NCBI GenBank assembly: GCA_963784705.1
Contig: CAWASC010000010.1
Coordinates: forward strand, 290,434 to 354,433
DNA length: 64,000 nucleotides
Reading direction: 5' to 3'
Origin: an uncultured Actinomycetota bacterium
GTDB lineage: Bacteria > Actinomycetota > Actinomycetes > Mycobacteriales > SCTD01
A program made the translations under genes and the position numbers. Numbering within the stretch: the stretch's first letter is position 1; each line of letters begins with the position of its first letter. Under the pieces are notes generated by a model. It was not told the DNA's origin, did no database searches, and saw nothing but the letters and a program-made list of their open reading frames with translations. Positions 1 to 8,352 of this stretch are shown here, piece by piece.

Positions 1-567
1 CCACGCGTCCCGCCAGGCTCCGACGGCGTCGGGGGAGTCGACACGGACCAGCTCGCGCATGTGGAAGGCCTGCAGGCGACAGGGGTCGTCCGAGGGCTCG
101 TGCCTGAACACCCAGGCCGCTCCGGTGTCGACCGTCCGACCACCCTGGGGGACCGGCTGCCCGGCGAGCGCGGCGTAGACCGGGTGGCACGCCGCGGGGA
201 CGAGCACCACGTCGCTGGGCGACAGGTGACCGGACCAGTCCTCGTGCCGGTGGGCCTGCTCGCCGAGCAGCAGCGCGGTCTGCTCGTCGCCCGCGAAGGC
301 CGAGACCGAGCCGGCCAGCTGGGGGAAGGACGTGAGGTAGCCGACCGACTCCATGTCGCGGCGGGGCTCGACCGGCGGGAACTCGAGCGCGTCGGCGCCC
401 TCGTCGGCGAACAGGGCGTCGAGCCGGCGGTCGAGAGCGCGCCGGAGGGCGACGAACACCGGGCCCTGACCGGTCACGCCGGGGACGGAGCTCGGAACGA
501 GCAGTCCCTCGGCGACGAGCCGGGTGCGGAAGGACCGTTGCGCGGCTGTCGCCTGGGGCGCCTGCAC
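1..567 (-). CDS. amino acid--[carrier protein] ligase-like enzyme (class II aaRS / SerRS catalytic-core homologue); N-terminal 189 codons only, gene leaves the window
   Basis: Absent from the ORF track (no stop inside the window). Own minus-strand translation from GTG at 567: VQAPQATAAQRSFRTRLVAEGLLVP..LEFPPVEPRRDMESVGYLTSFPQLAGSV..VLVPAACHPVYAAL..AWVFRHEPSDDPCRLQAFHMRELVRV. The frame is open down to nt 1. The fRhE..R.qaFhM.E stretch resembles class II motif 2. GGAGGG lies 5 nt upstream of the GTG. Confidence 0.6.
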   Translation of the reverse strand, partial: MQAPQATAAQRSFRTRLVAEGLLVPSSVPGVTGQGPVFVALRRALDRRLDALFADEGADALEFPPVEPRRDMESVGYLTSFPQLAGSVSAFAGDEQTALLLGEQAHRHEDWSGHLSPSDVVLVPAACHPVYAALAGQPVPQGGRTVDTGAAWVFRHEPSDDPCRLQAFHMRELVRVDSPDAVGAWRDAW

Positions 568-568
568 G

Positions 569-1684
569 TCAACCCTCCTTGACCACCATGAGCAGCTGCG
601 CGTTGGTCTGGTGCAGCCGGTCGTTGGACACCATCAGCGACGCCGAGAGGCTGTCGCGCAGCAACCTACCCACGGCGTACGGCGAGTCGTTGCGGTAGCC
701 CGCGATGCCGCACACCTCCAGCGCCCCCTGGCACAGCGAGGCGACGGACTGCGAGAGCGAGGTCTTCAGGGCGTTGTGCCGGAGCGCCGCCCCCATGGTC
801 TGCAGCGCGGGGCGCCCGGGCTCGGCCGCCTCGGCGGTGTACCGCGTGAGGGCCTCGGCCAGCTGTGCCCTCGTCGCGGCGAGCTGACCGTGGAGCTCCG
901 ACAGCCGCTGCGCACGCACCGCCGAGCCGTCGGGGCCGGCGGACTTCACTGTCTTGCGCGCCCGGTCGAAGGCCTCGATCGCGATGCCGACCCACACGTG
1001 CCCCCAGAGCAGGTGCGACACCGGGACCATCGTCTCGGCGGAGACCTGCGTGAACGGGGCGGGCACGACCTGCTCGGGGGGGAACGCGGCGGTCACCGTG
1101 AACCCCGGGGAGCAGGTGCCGCGCATGCCCAGCGGGTCCCACGTGCCGGTCTGCTCCAGGGTCGTCTGCGTGCCGAGGTGCAGCACCGCGACCTGGTCGG
1201 TCGCGTCGGCGTCCGGTGACCGGCGCACCGTGGTCAGGAAGTCGTCGGCGTGCGCGCCGTAGCTGACGGTCGGGGCGCGCTTGGTGAACGTGCACCCGCT
1301 GTCGGTCGTCTCGACGGCGGCGACGGACCGGCCCATGTCACCGCCGGTCCCGATCTCGGAGGTCACCGAGGCGATCAGCCGCTGGTCGCGGCGCAGGTCC
1401 TCGACGTACTCCTTGGACCAGGGCCACTCGTGGTCCACGAGGCAGGCCACCTCGATCGTGTGCATGGCGAAGACCATGGCGCTGGCCGAGCAGGACCGGG
1501 CCAGGACCTGGCACGCGTACGCCACCTCCGCGAGGGGGACCCCGTCGACGAGCGCGGACAGGGCCTGGCTGTCACGAAGGGCCGCGATCGACTCTGCCGG
1601 GAACCGGGCGTTCCGGTCGACGTCCTCGACGTGCTCCGCGGCCACCGTGGCGGCGGCGCGGACTCCGTCGAGGAACACCGACAT
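569..1684 (-). CDS. acyl-CoA dehydrogenase-family flavoprotein (possibly acting on a carrier-protein thioester)
   Basis: 371-aa ORF with ACAD-like segments by eye (SEIGTGGDMG, DPLGMRGTCSPGF, helical C-terminal domain). Its ATG at 1684 shares one nucleotide with the stop of the upstream carrier-protein gene. Confidence 0.8.
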   Translation of the reverse strand: MSVFLDGVRAAATVAAEHVEDVDRNARFPAESIAALRDSQALSALVDGVPLAEVAYACQVLARSCSASAMVFAMHTIEVACLVDHEWPWSKEYVEDLRRDQRLIASVTSEIGTGGDMGRSVAAVETTDSGCTFTKRAPTVSYGAHADDFLTTVRRSPDADATDQVAVLHLGTQTTLEQTGTWDPLGMRGTCSPGFTVTAAFPPEQVVPAPFTQVSAETMVPVSHLLWGHVWVGIAIEAFDRARKTVKSAGPDGSAVRAQRLSELHGQLAATRAQLAEALTRYTAEAAEPGRPALQTMGAALRHNALKTSLSQSVASLCQGALEVCGIAGYRNDSPYAVGRLLRDSLSASLMVSNDRLHQTNAQLLMVVKEG

Positions 1685-1926
1685 CAGGCGGCGACGGTGA
1701 GCCTGGACAGGGCGGCCTCGATGCTCGCGATGCTCGAGAACACCTCGCGGGTGAGCATCTCGTCGGGGAACTCCACGTCGAAGGCGGACTCCAGTCCGAG
1801 CATGACGCTGATGCTCGCGTGCGAGGTCATGCCGGCCTGGTAGAGGTCTGCCTCCGCGTCGAGGTCGGTCGCGGGGACCGGCAGGCGGCCGTGCTCGCTG
1901 AGGACGGTGCGGATGAGATCGGTCAT
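1684..1926 (-). CDS. free-standing acyl/peptidyl carrier protein
   Basis: 80-aa product MTDLIRTVLSEHG..DLYQAGMTSHASISVMLGLESAFDVEFPDEML. The Ser in GMTSH sits at the usual phosphopantetheine-attachment position. The rest of track ORF 1684..2151 overlaps the PPTase gene. Alternative start at 1938. Confidence 0.75.
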   Translation of the reverse strand: MTDLIRTVLSEHGRLPVPATDLDAEADLYQAGMTSHASISVMLGLESAFDVEFPDEMLTREVFSSIASIEAALSRLTVAA

Positions 1927-2369
1927 ACCGGCTGGCATCGGCAGGTCACCTCCGTCGCTGGAGGGCCGATCGGAGCAGTCACCTGGCTCAGGACCTCGCA
2001 CGACACCACGGCGCAGGCGACCTCCCCCTCGTGCGACAGCGACACCGAGAAGCCGGCGAGCCCGAGCTCCCGGGCGCGCCCGGCGGCGCGGGCGCTGAGC
2101 TCCAGCTCCACCCAACCGCCCGGCGCGCGCACCACCTCGATCTGGTTCCACGGCAACGAGGTGTCGCTCGTCGGGCGGAGCACCTTCAGCGCAGCCTCCT
2201 TGGCCGCGAAGCGCCCGGCGAGCCGGGCGGGGTCGTCACCGCAGTCGGCTCGCTCGCGAGGCGTGTAGACCCGGTCCAGGTAGGCCTCACCGTGCGCCGA
2301 GACCGCGTCCCGGACAGCCGCGACCGAGGTCAGGTCGATCCCCACCCGCTGCCCCATGACCTCGATCAT
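1923..2369 (-). CDS. AcpS-type 4'-phosphopantetheinyl transferase (holo-carrier-protein synthase)
   Basis: This is the C-terminal 148 aa of track ORF 1923..2819: MIEVMGQRVGIDLTSV..FAAKEAALKVL..WNQIEVV..SLSHEGEVACAVV, an AcpS-like pattern. ATGA stop/start overlap with the carrier gene at 1923-1926. Alternative start at 2357. Confidence 0.75.
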   Translation of the reverse strand: MIEVMGQRVGIDLTSVAAVRDAVSAHGEAYLDRVYTPRERADCGDDPARLAGRFAAKEAALKVLRPTSDTSLPWNQIEVVRAPGGWVELELSARAAGRARELGLAGFSVSLSHEGEVACAVVSCEVLSQVTAPIGPPATEVTCRCQPV

Positions 2370-2447
2370 GCCGCGCGGTGCCGCTGCCGTCAGCCCATCG
2401 CGCGCCGGGACACGCACCGGCAGCCTGCGCCTGCCAGGATGGGGCGC

Positions 2448-3777
2448 ATGGACAAGCAGCAAGAGTTCGTGCTCCGGACCATGGAAGAGCGCGAGATCCG
2501 GTTCGTGCGCCTGTGGTTCACCGACGTCCTCGGGACCCTGAAGTCGGTGGCGATCGCGCCGGCCGAGCTCGAGGGCGCCTTCTCGGAGGGGATCGGGTTC
2601 GACGGCTCGGCGATCGAGGGCTTCGCGCGCGTCCAGGAGAGCGACATGCTCGCCAAGCCCGACCCGGCGACCTTCCAGGTGCTGCCGTGGCGGGGGGAGA
2701 ACCCCGGGCACGGCCCGGATGTTCTGCGACATCCAGATGCCGGACGGGTCGCCGTCGTGGGCCGACCCGCGGCACGTCCTGCGGCGCGCTCTCGGCAAGG
2801 CGGCGGAGGCCGGCTTCACGTTCTACACCCACCCGGAGATCGAGTTCTTCCTGCTGAAGAACGACGAGGCGCCGCCCCAGCCGGTGGACCGGGGTGGCTA
2901 CTTCGACCTCACGCCGCACGACGTCAGTCATGACTTCCGGCGTACGACGATCACCATGCTCGAACGGCTCGGGATCTCCGTGGAGTTCAGCCACCACGAG
3001 GTCGCACCCGGCCAGCAGGAGATCGACCTGCGCTACGCCGACGCCCTGTCGACCGCGGACAACGTCCTCACCACGCGGCACGTCATCAAGGAGGTGGCGC
3101 TGTCCCAGGGGGTCTACGCGAGCTTCATGCCCAAGCCGTTCCCGGACCAGCCCGGCTCGGCGATGCACACCCACCTGTCGCTGTTCGAGGGCGACCAGAA
3201 CGCCTTCTACGACGCTGACGACCCGCTGCACCTGAGCAAGGTGGCCCGCCACTTCATCGCCGGCCTGCTCGTGCACGCCGCCGAGATCACGGCGGTGACC
3301 AACCAGTACGTCAACTCCTACAAGCGCCTGACGTGGGGTGGCGAGGCGCCGAACTACGTCTGCTGGGGCCACAACAACAGCAGTGCCATGGTGCGCGTCC
3401 CGATGTACAAGCCGACCAAGGGCAACAGCACCCGGATCGAGGTGCGCAGCCCGGACAGCGCGACCAACCCCTACCTGTGCTTCGCCCTGCTGCTTGCCGC
3501 GGGGCTCAAGGGCGTGGAGGAGGGCTACGAGCTGCCTCCGGGGGCTGAGGAGGACGTCTGGACGCTCTCCAACGCCGAGCGTCGCGCTCTCGGGATCGTC
3601 CCGCTGCCCGGATCGCTCGCCGACGCCATCTCGGTCATGGAGACCAGTGAGCTCGTCGCCGAGACGCTCGGCGAGCACGTCTTCGAGTTCTTCCTGCGCA
3701 ACAAGCGCGAGGAGTGGAAGGCCTACCGCCAGCAGGTCACGCCCTTCGAGCTCGCGCGCTACCTCCCGGTGCTGTAG
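2448..3777 (+). pseudogene. glnA2: GlnA2-type glutamine synthetase-family gene; reading frame broken by a +1 shift near 2690-2712
   Basis: The N-terminus MDKQQEFVLRTMEEREIRFVRLWFTDVLGTLKSVAIAPAELEGAF..ATFQVLPWRGE is in the frame of ORF 2031..2933. The remainder, ARMFCDIQMPDGSPSWADPRHVLRR..GSAMHTHLSLFEG..NSYKRL..FELARYLPVL, is in the frame of ORF 2719..3777. It is collinear with M. tuberculosis GlnA2 as I remember it. The span is 1330 nt = 3n+1. Confidence 0.85.
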
Positions 3778-4495
3778 ATGGCCCGTGCGCTGTGCATCAC
3801 CCACACCGCCTCCGAGCACGCCGGCCACCTCGGCACCTGGCTCGCCGAGGAGGGCCTGGACCTGCACGTCGTGCAGCCGTGGAACGGGGACGACCTGCCG
3901 TCCCTCGACGGCTACGCCGCGCTGGTCGTCATGGGCGGCCCCCAGCAGGCGTACGACGACACGCAGCGCCCCGTGGCTGCGCGAGACCAAGGACCTGCTG
4001 CGTCGCGCCGTTCGTGACGACCTGCCGACCTTCGGCGTCTGCCTCGGTGCGCAGCTGCTGGCCGAGGCCACGGGCGGTCGCGTGGAGCCGGGCGCCGACG
4101 GCCCCGAGCTGGGCGCGCGCCTGGTGGCACGGCGTGACGCAGCGGGCAACGACCCGCTGTTCTGGGACCTGCCCCTGTCACCCATGGTCGTGCAGTGGCA
4201 CTGGGACGCCGTCACGTCGCTGCCTCCAGCCGCCACCTTGCTGATGTCGTCGCCGCGCTACCCCCACCAGGCCTTCCGCGTCGGCGAGCGGGCCTGGGGC
4301 ATCCAGTTCCACGTCGAGCCCGATGCCGAGATGGTCGGCCGGTGGGCCGACGGCGATGCCGCCGACCTGGTGGCGCGCGGTCTGGACCCACAGGCCGTCC
4401 TCGCCAGGACCGTGCCCGAGCTCGAGGAGGTGCAGGAGGTGTGGGGCGAGGTCCTGCGCCGCTTCGCCCGTCTCGCGCTGGGAGCCCCGTCGTGA
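3778..4495 (+). pseudogene. class I glutamine amidotransferase-like gene (GuaA-N / COG0518-like); frame broken by a +1 shift near 3950-3973
   Basis: The N-terminus MARALCITHTASEHAGHLGTWLAEEGLDLHVV..ALVVMGGPQQAYDD is in ORF 3778..4017. The continuation WLRETKDLLRRAVRDDLPTFGVCLGAQLLAEATGG..WGIQFHVEPD (nucleophile Cys, His-x-Glu) is in the frame of ORF 3338..4495. The ATG abuts the glnA2 stop. The span is 718 nt = 3n+1. Confidence 0.7.
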
Positions 4496-4497
4496 GC

Positions 4498-4863
4498 ATG
4501 GGGATCCTGCTGTTCCTCGCCCTCGTGTCGTTGCTGCTGCTCGCCCTGGTGGTGCCCTCGGTGCGGGTCGCCCGCCGCTCGACGTCCGGGTGGGTCCTCG
4601 CGCAGGTGGCGGTCATGGGGGCGACAGCGGTGGCGCTGGTGGTGTTCCTGTTCCAGGACGACGACTACCGGCGCGACGGGACGTCCAACGTCGAGGCCTA
4701 CGACGTCGAGTACCCGGCCGTCCCTACCCTCGCCCTGCTCCTGCTCGGCGCGTGGTGGCTCGGCAGCCGCCCGGCGACGAGGGGGGCAGCCCTCGCCGCC
4801 CCGCTCCTGGCGGTGACGGCGGCCTTCGGCGTGGGGCTGTCGTTCCTGTTCACGACGAACTAG
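4498..4863 (+). CDS. small integral membrane protein (about 4 TM), function unknown
   Basis: ATG at 4498 lies within track ORF 4195..4863. The product is MGILLFLALVSLLLLALVV.., with hydrophobic helices separated by short charged loops. It starts 3 nt after the amidotransferase stop. Confidence 0.5.
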   Translation: MGILLFLALVSLLLLALVVPSVRVARRSTSGWVLAQVAVMGATAVALVVFLFQDDDYRRDGTSNVEAYDVEYPAVPTLALLLLGAWWLGSRPATRGAALAAPLLAVTAAFGVGLSFLFTTN

Positions 4864-4885
4864 CCGGTCTGACAGGCTCGGCGTC

Positions 4886-5329
4886 GTGCTGATCCGGACC
4901 GTGGCGTACGACGACGCGCGTGCGCTCACCGACGCGATGTCCGACGACCTCGCCGCGCGGTACGGCGGCCGGGACGCCTCACCGGCCGATCCGGCGCAGT
5001 TCCTCCCGCCGTACGGCGTGTTCCTCGTGGTGGAGGTCGACGGCGAGCAGGTCGCGTGCGGGGGACTGCGGCTGCTGCAGGAGGGTGTCGGTGAGGTCAA
5101 GCGGATGTACGTCGCCCCGACCCACCGCGGTCAGGGGCACGCGCGCAGCGTGCTCAGGGCCCTGCTGGACCACGCACGCACGAGCGGACTCTCCGAGGTC
5201 TGGCTCGAGACCGGCCTGAAGCAACCCGAGGCGATCGCCCTCTACGAGAGCGAGGGCTTCACGTCCATCGAGCCGTACGGCTACTTCCGCGACCAGCCGT
5301 TCTCCCGGTGCTACCGGCGGGTCCTGTGA
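4886..5329 (+). CDS. GNAT family N-acetyltransferase
   Basis: 147 aa. The acetyl-CoA binding core reads VKRMYVAPTHRGQGHARSVLRALLDHA, followed by ALYESEGF. Confidence 0.8.
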   Translation: MLIRTVAYDDARALTDAMSDDLAARYGGRDASPADPAQFLPPYGVFLVVEVDGEQVACGGLRLLQEGVGEVKRMYVAPTHRGQGHARSVLRALLDHARTSGLSEVWLETGLKQPEAIALYESEGFTSIEPYGYFRDQPFSRCYRRVL

Positions 5330-8300
5330 CCGAGCGGACCGGGACCGAGCGAGGGGGCACGGAGGTCGGGCGACTCATCCGCCTGGGCTTCGCCGAGCCG
5401 GAGCAGGCTGCTGCGGACCTTGCCACCGCCGGACTGTGGGAAGGCGGCGAGGCGGCCAGCCCGGACGCTGCGACCGTCGTCGAGGCGCTGGCCGAGTCGG
5501 CCGATCCGGACCTGGCGCTGCACGGGCTGACCCGACTGGTCGCCGCCACCCGTCGACCGGAGCAGCTGCTGGTCGACCTCGCCGAGCGCGAGGGCTTCCG
5601 GCGGCGGCTGCTGGCCGTCCTCGGTGCCAGCGCAGCGCTCGGCGATCACCTGGCCCTGCACCCCGAGGACCACGTCGTGCTGCTCGACGACGACGTGACG
5701 ATGGTGCGCCCCAGTCTCTACGGCCTGCAGTGGCAGCTGCTCGACGCCGTCGGGGCCCCGCCGGCGAGCCCTCTCCCGTGGGGCAGCGGCGGAGCGCGGG
5801 CGGCCAGCACCGGACCGCACGTTCGGGCGTCGCTCCAGCACGCCTACCGGCGCTGCCTGCTCGGCCTCGCCGCGCGCGACCTGGGTGGCGCGATGGCGGT
5901 CGAGGACGTCGCGGCGGAGATGTCCGACCTGGCGAGCGCGACCCTCTCCGCCGCGCTGGCTGTGGCCCTCGCGGGGCTTCCTGCAGGCGCAGCCGAGGTG
6001 AGGCTCGCGGTGATCGGCATGGGCAAGTGCGGTGGCCACGAGCTGAACTACGTGAGCGACGTCGACGTGGTGTTCGTCGCCGAGCCAGTGCGCGGTGCGG
6101 ACGAGCACGCTGCGCTGCAGACGGCCACCGCGCTGGCGAGCGCCATGATGCAGCTGTGCCACGACGTGGCGTGGCCGGTCGACGCCGCGCTGCGTCCCGA
6201 GGGCAAGGCCGGCCCGCTCGTGCGCACCCTCGCCAGCCACGTCGCGTACTACCAGCGCTGGGCCAAGACCTGGGAGTTCCAGGCGCTCCTCAAGGCGCGG
6301 CCTGTGGCGGGGGACCTGGCGCTGGGCAGGGAGTACGTCGACGCGGTCGCTCCCATGGTGTGGTCCGCCGGTGCGCGGCCGGGGTTCGTCGAGGACGTCC
6401 AGGCGATGCGCCGCCGGGTGGAGGCGACCTTGCGCTCGGACGAGAGCGAGCGGGAGGTGAAGCTCGCCCCCGGTGGGCTGCGCGACGTGGAGTTCTCGGT
6501 GCAGCTGCTCCAGCTGGTCCACGGTCGCGCGGACGACACGATCCGCTCCGGGACGACGCTCACAGCTCTCGACCAGCTCGCTGCCGGGGGGTATGTCGGT
6601 CGTGAGGACGCGCGCCACCTGGCCGAGGCGTACCGGTGGCTGCGAGGCGTGGAGCACCGGCTGCAGCTGCACCGCCTTCGTCGTACGCACCTGCTGCCGC
6701 CGGAGGACGACGACGCCGCCAACCGTCGGCTCGCGCGCTCGATGGGCTACCGCGGGGACGTCCTCACGACCTTCCGCCGGGAGCGCTTCGGCCACTTCCG
6801 AGAGGTACGCCGACTGCACGAGAAGCTGTTCTACCGGCCGCTGCTCGGCGCCGTCGCGCGACTCCCGACCGAGGAGATCCGCCTCACGCCGACGCAGGCC
6901 ACCGAGCGTCTGACCGCGTTGGGCTTCGGCGACCCGACTGCCGCGCTGCGTCACCTGGAGGCGCTGACCAGCGGCGTCTCGCGGCGGGCGGCCATCCAGC
7001 AGACGCTCCTGCCGGTCATGCTCGGGTGGTTCGCCGATGCGGCCGACCCCGACGCGGGGCTGCTGTCGTTCCGGCAGGTGTCCGACGCCCTGGGAACCTC
7101 GCCGTGGTACCTCCGGCTGCTGCGGGACGAGGGGGAGGCGGCGCAGCGCCTGGCCCGGCTGCTCGCGTCCTCGCGCTACGTCGCGGACCTGTTCGTCCGC
7201 ACCCCCGACGCGGTGCGCCTGCTTGCCGACGACACCGAGCTCGTGCCGCGACCGCTCGAGACGCTGCTGGCGTCGTTCCGTGCCGTCGCCGGTCGGCGGG
7301 ACGACTGGGAGCAGTCGGTCGTCACGGTGCGGAGCCTGCGCCGCCAGGAGCTGCTGCGCATCGCGTGCTCGGAGCTGCTGGCACTCTCCCCGATGGTCGG
7401 GCCTGCGCTGTCCGACGTCACCCGCGCGACGGTCGAGGCAGCCCTCGACGTGGCCCTGCGCAAGGTCGCGGCGGAGCGGCGCGACGTCCTGCCGATGCGC
7501 ATGGCCGTCATCGCCATGGGTCGGCTCGGCGGCGGGGAGCAGAGCTACGGGTCGGACGCGGACGTGCTGTTCGTGCACGAGGCGGTCGCGGCGGCGAACG
7601 AGTCCGATGCCGCGGCCGCCGCCACTGCCGTGGCCAACGAGCTGCGGCGCCTGCTGTCCCTGCCGGCACCCGACCCGCCGCTGCAGGTGGACGCCGACCT
7701 CCGGCCCGAGGGCCGGCAGGGCCCGCTCTCGCGCAGCCTCTCGTCGTACGTCGCGTACTACGCGCGGTGGTCGCACGTGTGGGAGGCGCAGGCACTGCTG
7801 CGGGCCGCGCCGCTCGCCGGTGACCCCGACCTGACCACACGGTTCCTGGCTGTCGTCGACGGCGTCCGCTACCCCGAAGGCGGGTTGAGCCAGGAGCAGC
7901 TGGTCGAGGTGCGCCGCATCAAGGCCAGGGTGGAGACCGAGCGGATCCCGAAGGGCACAGACCGGACGCTGGCGATGAAGCTCGGCCAGGGGGGCATCGC
8001 CGACGTCGAGTGGACCGTCCAGCTGCTCCAGCTGCAGCACGGCCACCGGCTGCCGTCGCTGCGCACGCCGAGGACCCTCGAGGCGCTCCGGGCGGCACGT
8101 GAGGCCGGCCTGCTGGACGTGGACGACGCGGCCGTGCTGGAGCGGGCCTGGACCCTCACCTCGCAGGTGCGCGACGCCCTCGTGCTCGTGCGCGGCAGGC
8201 CGGCGACGACGCTGCCGTCGAGCGGTCGCGAGCTGGACGGTGTGGCCCGGGCGCTCGGCTTCGGTGCCGGCGACCAGGGGGAGTTCCTGGACGACTACCG

Positions 8301-8352
8301 ACGGGCGACCCGCCGTGCCCGGCTGGTCGTCGAGCGGGTCTTCTACCAGTGA
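5326..8352 (+). CDS. glnE: bifunctional glutamine synthetase adenylyltransferase / adenylyl-removing enzyme
   Basis: About 1010 aa with two tandem nucleotidyltransferase halves (GMGKCGGHELNYVSDVDVVFV and AMGRLGGGEQSYGSDADVLFV). GTG at 5326 overlaps the GNAT stop (GTGA). The track start at 5308 is also possible. Confidence 0.9.
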   Translation: MTERTGTERGGTEVGRLIRLGFAEPEQAAADLATAGLWEGGEAASPDAATVVEALAESADPDLALHGLTRLVAATRRPEQLLVDLAEREGFRRRLLAVLGASAALGDHLALHPEDHVVLLDDDVTMVRPSLYGLQWQLLDAVGAPPASPLPWGSGGARAASTGPHVRASLQHAYRRCLLGLAARDLGGAMAVEDVAAEMSDLASATLSAALAVALAGLPAGAAEVRLAVIGMGKCGGHELNYVSDVDVVFVAEPVRGADEHAALQTATALASAMMQLCHDVAWPVDAALRPEGKAGPLVRTLASHVAYYQRWAKTWEFQALLKARPVAGDLALGREYVDAVAPMVWSAGARPGFVEDVQAMRRRVEATLRSDESEREVKLAPGGLRDVEFSVQLLQLVHGRADDTIRSGTTLTALDQLAAGGYVGREDARHLAEAYRWLRGVEHRLQLHRLRRTHLLPPEDDDAANRRLARSMGYRGDVLTTFRRERFGHFREVRRLHEKLFYRPLLGAVARLPTEEIRLTPTQATERLTALGFGDPTAALRHLEALTSGVSRRAAIQQTLLPVMLGWFADAADPDAGLLSFRQVSDALGTSPWYLRLLRDEGEAAQRLARLLASSRYVADLFVRTPDAVRLLADDTELVPRPLETLLASFRAVAGRRDDWEQSVVTVRSLRRQELLRIACSELLALSPMVGPALSDVTRATVEAALDVALRKVAAERRDVLPMRMAVIAMGRLGGGEQSYGSDADVLFVHEAVAAANESDAAAAATAVANELRRLLSLPAPDPPLQVDADLRPEGRQGPLSRSLSSYVAYYARWSHVWEAQALLRAAPLAGDPDLTTRFLAVVDGVRYPEGGLSQEQLVEVRRIKARVETERIPKGTDRTLAMKLGQGGIADVEWTVQLLQLQHGHRLPSLRTPRTLEALRAAREAGLLDVDDAAVLERAWTLTSQVRDALVLVRGRPATTLPSSGRELDGVARALGFGAGDQGEFLDDYRRATRRARLVVERVFYQ

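Noticed and set aside
61-582. 173-aa plus-strand ORF at the left edge.
   Set aside because: It is Arg/Gly/Glu-rich with no family resemblance. It is the mirror image of the minus-strand aaRS-like gene, whose translation is clearly protein-like and has a Shine-Dalgarno-preceded start.
2689-3975. Programmed ribosomal frameshifting as an explanation for the two split genes.
   Set aside because: There is no slippery heptamer or downstream structure, and no precedent in these families. Both sites are simple short homopolymers, consistent with mutation or sequencing error.
2518-4236. 572-aa minus-strand ORF across glnA2 and the amidotransferase.
   Set aside because: It is antisense to two genes with strong family signatures, and its composition is low-complexity Arg/Ala/Pro.
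5311-8046. 911-aa minus-strand ORF.
   Set aside because: It is fully antisense to glnE. Its Arg/Pro/Gly-dominated composition is typical of open antisense frames in GC-rich DNA. glnE itself has two clear nucleotidyltransferase domains.
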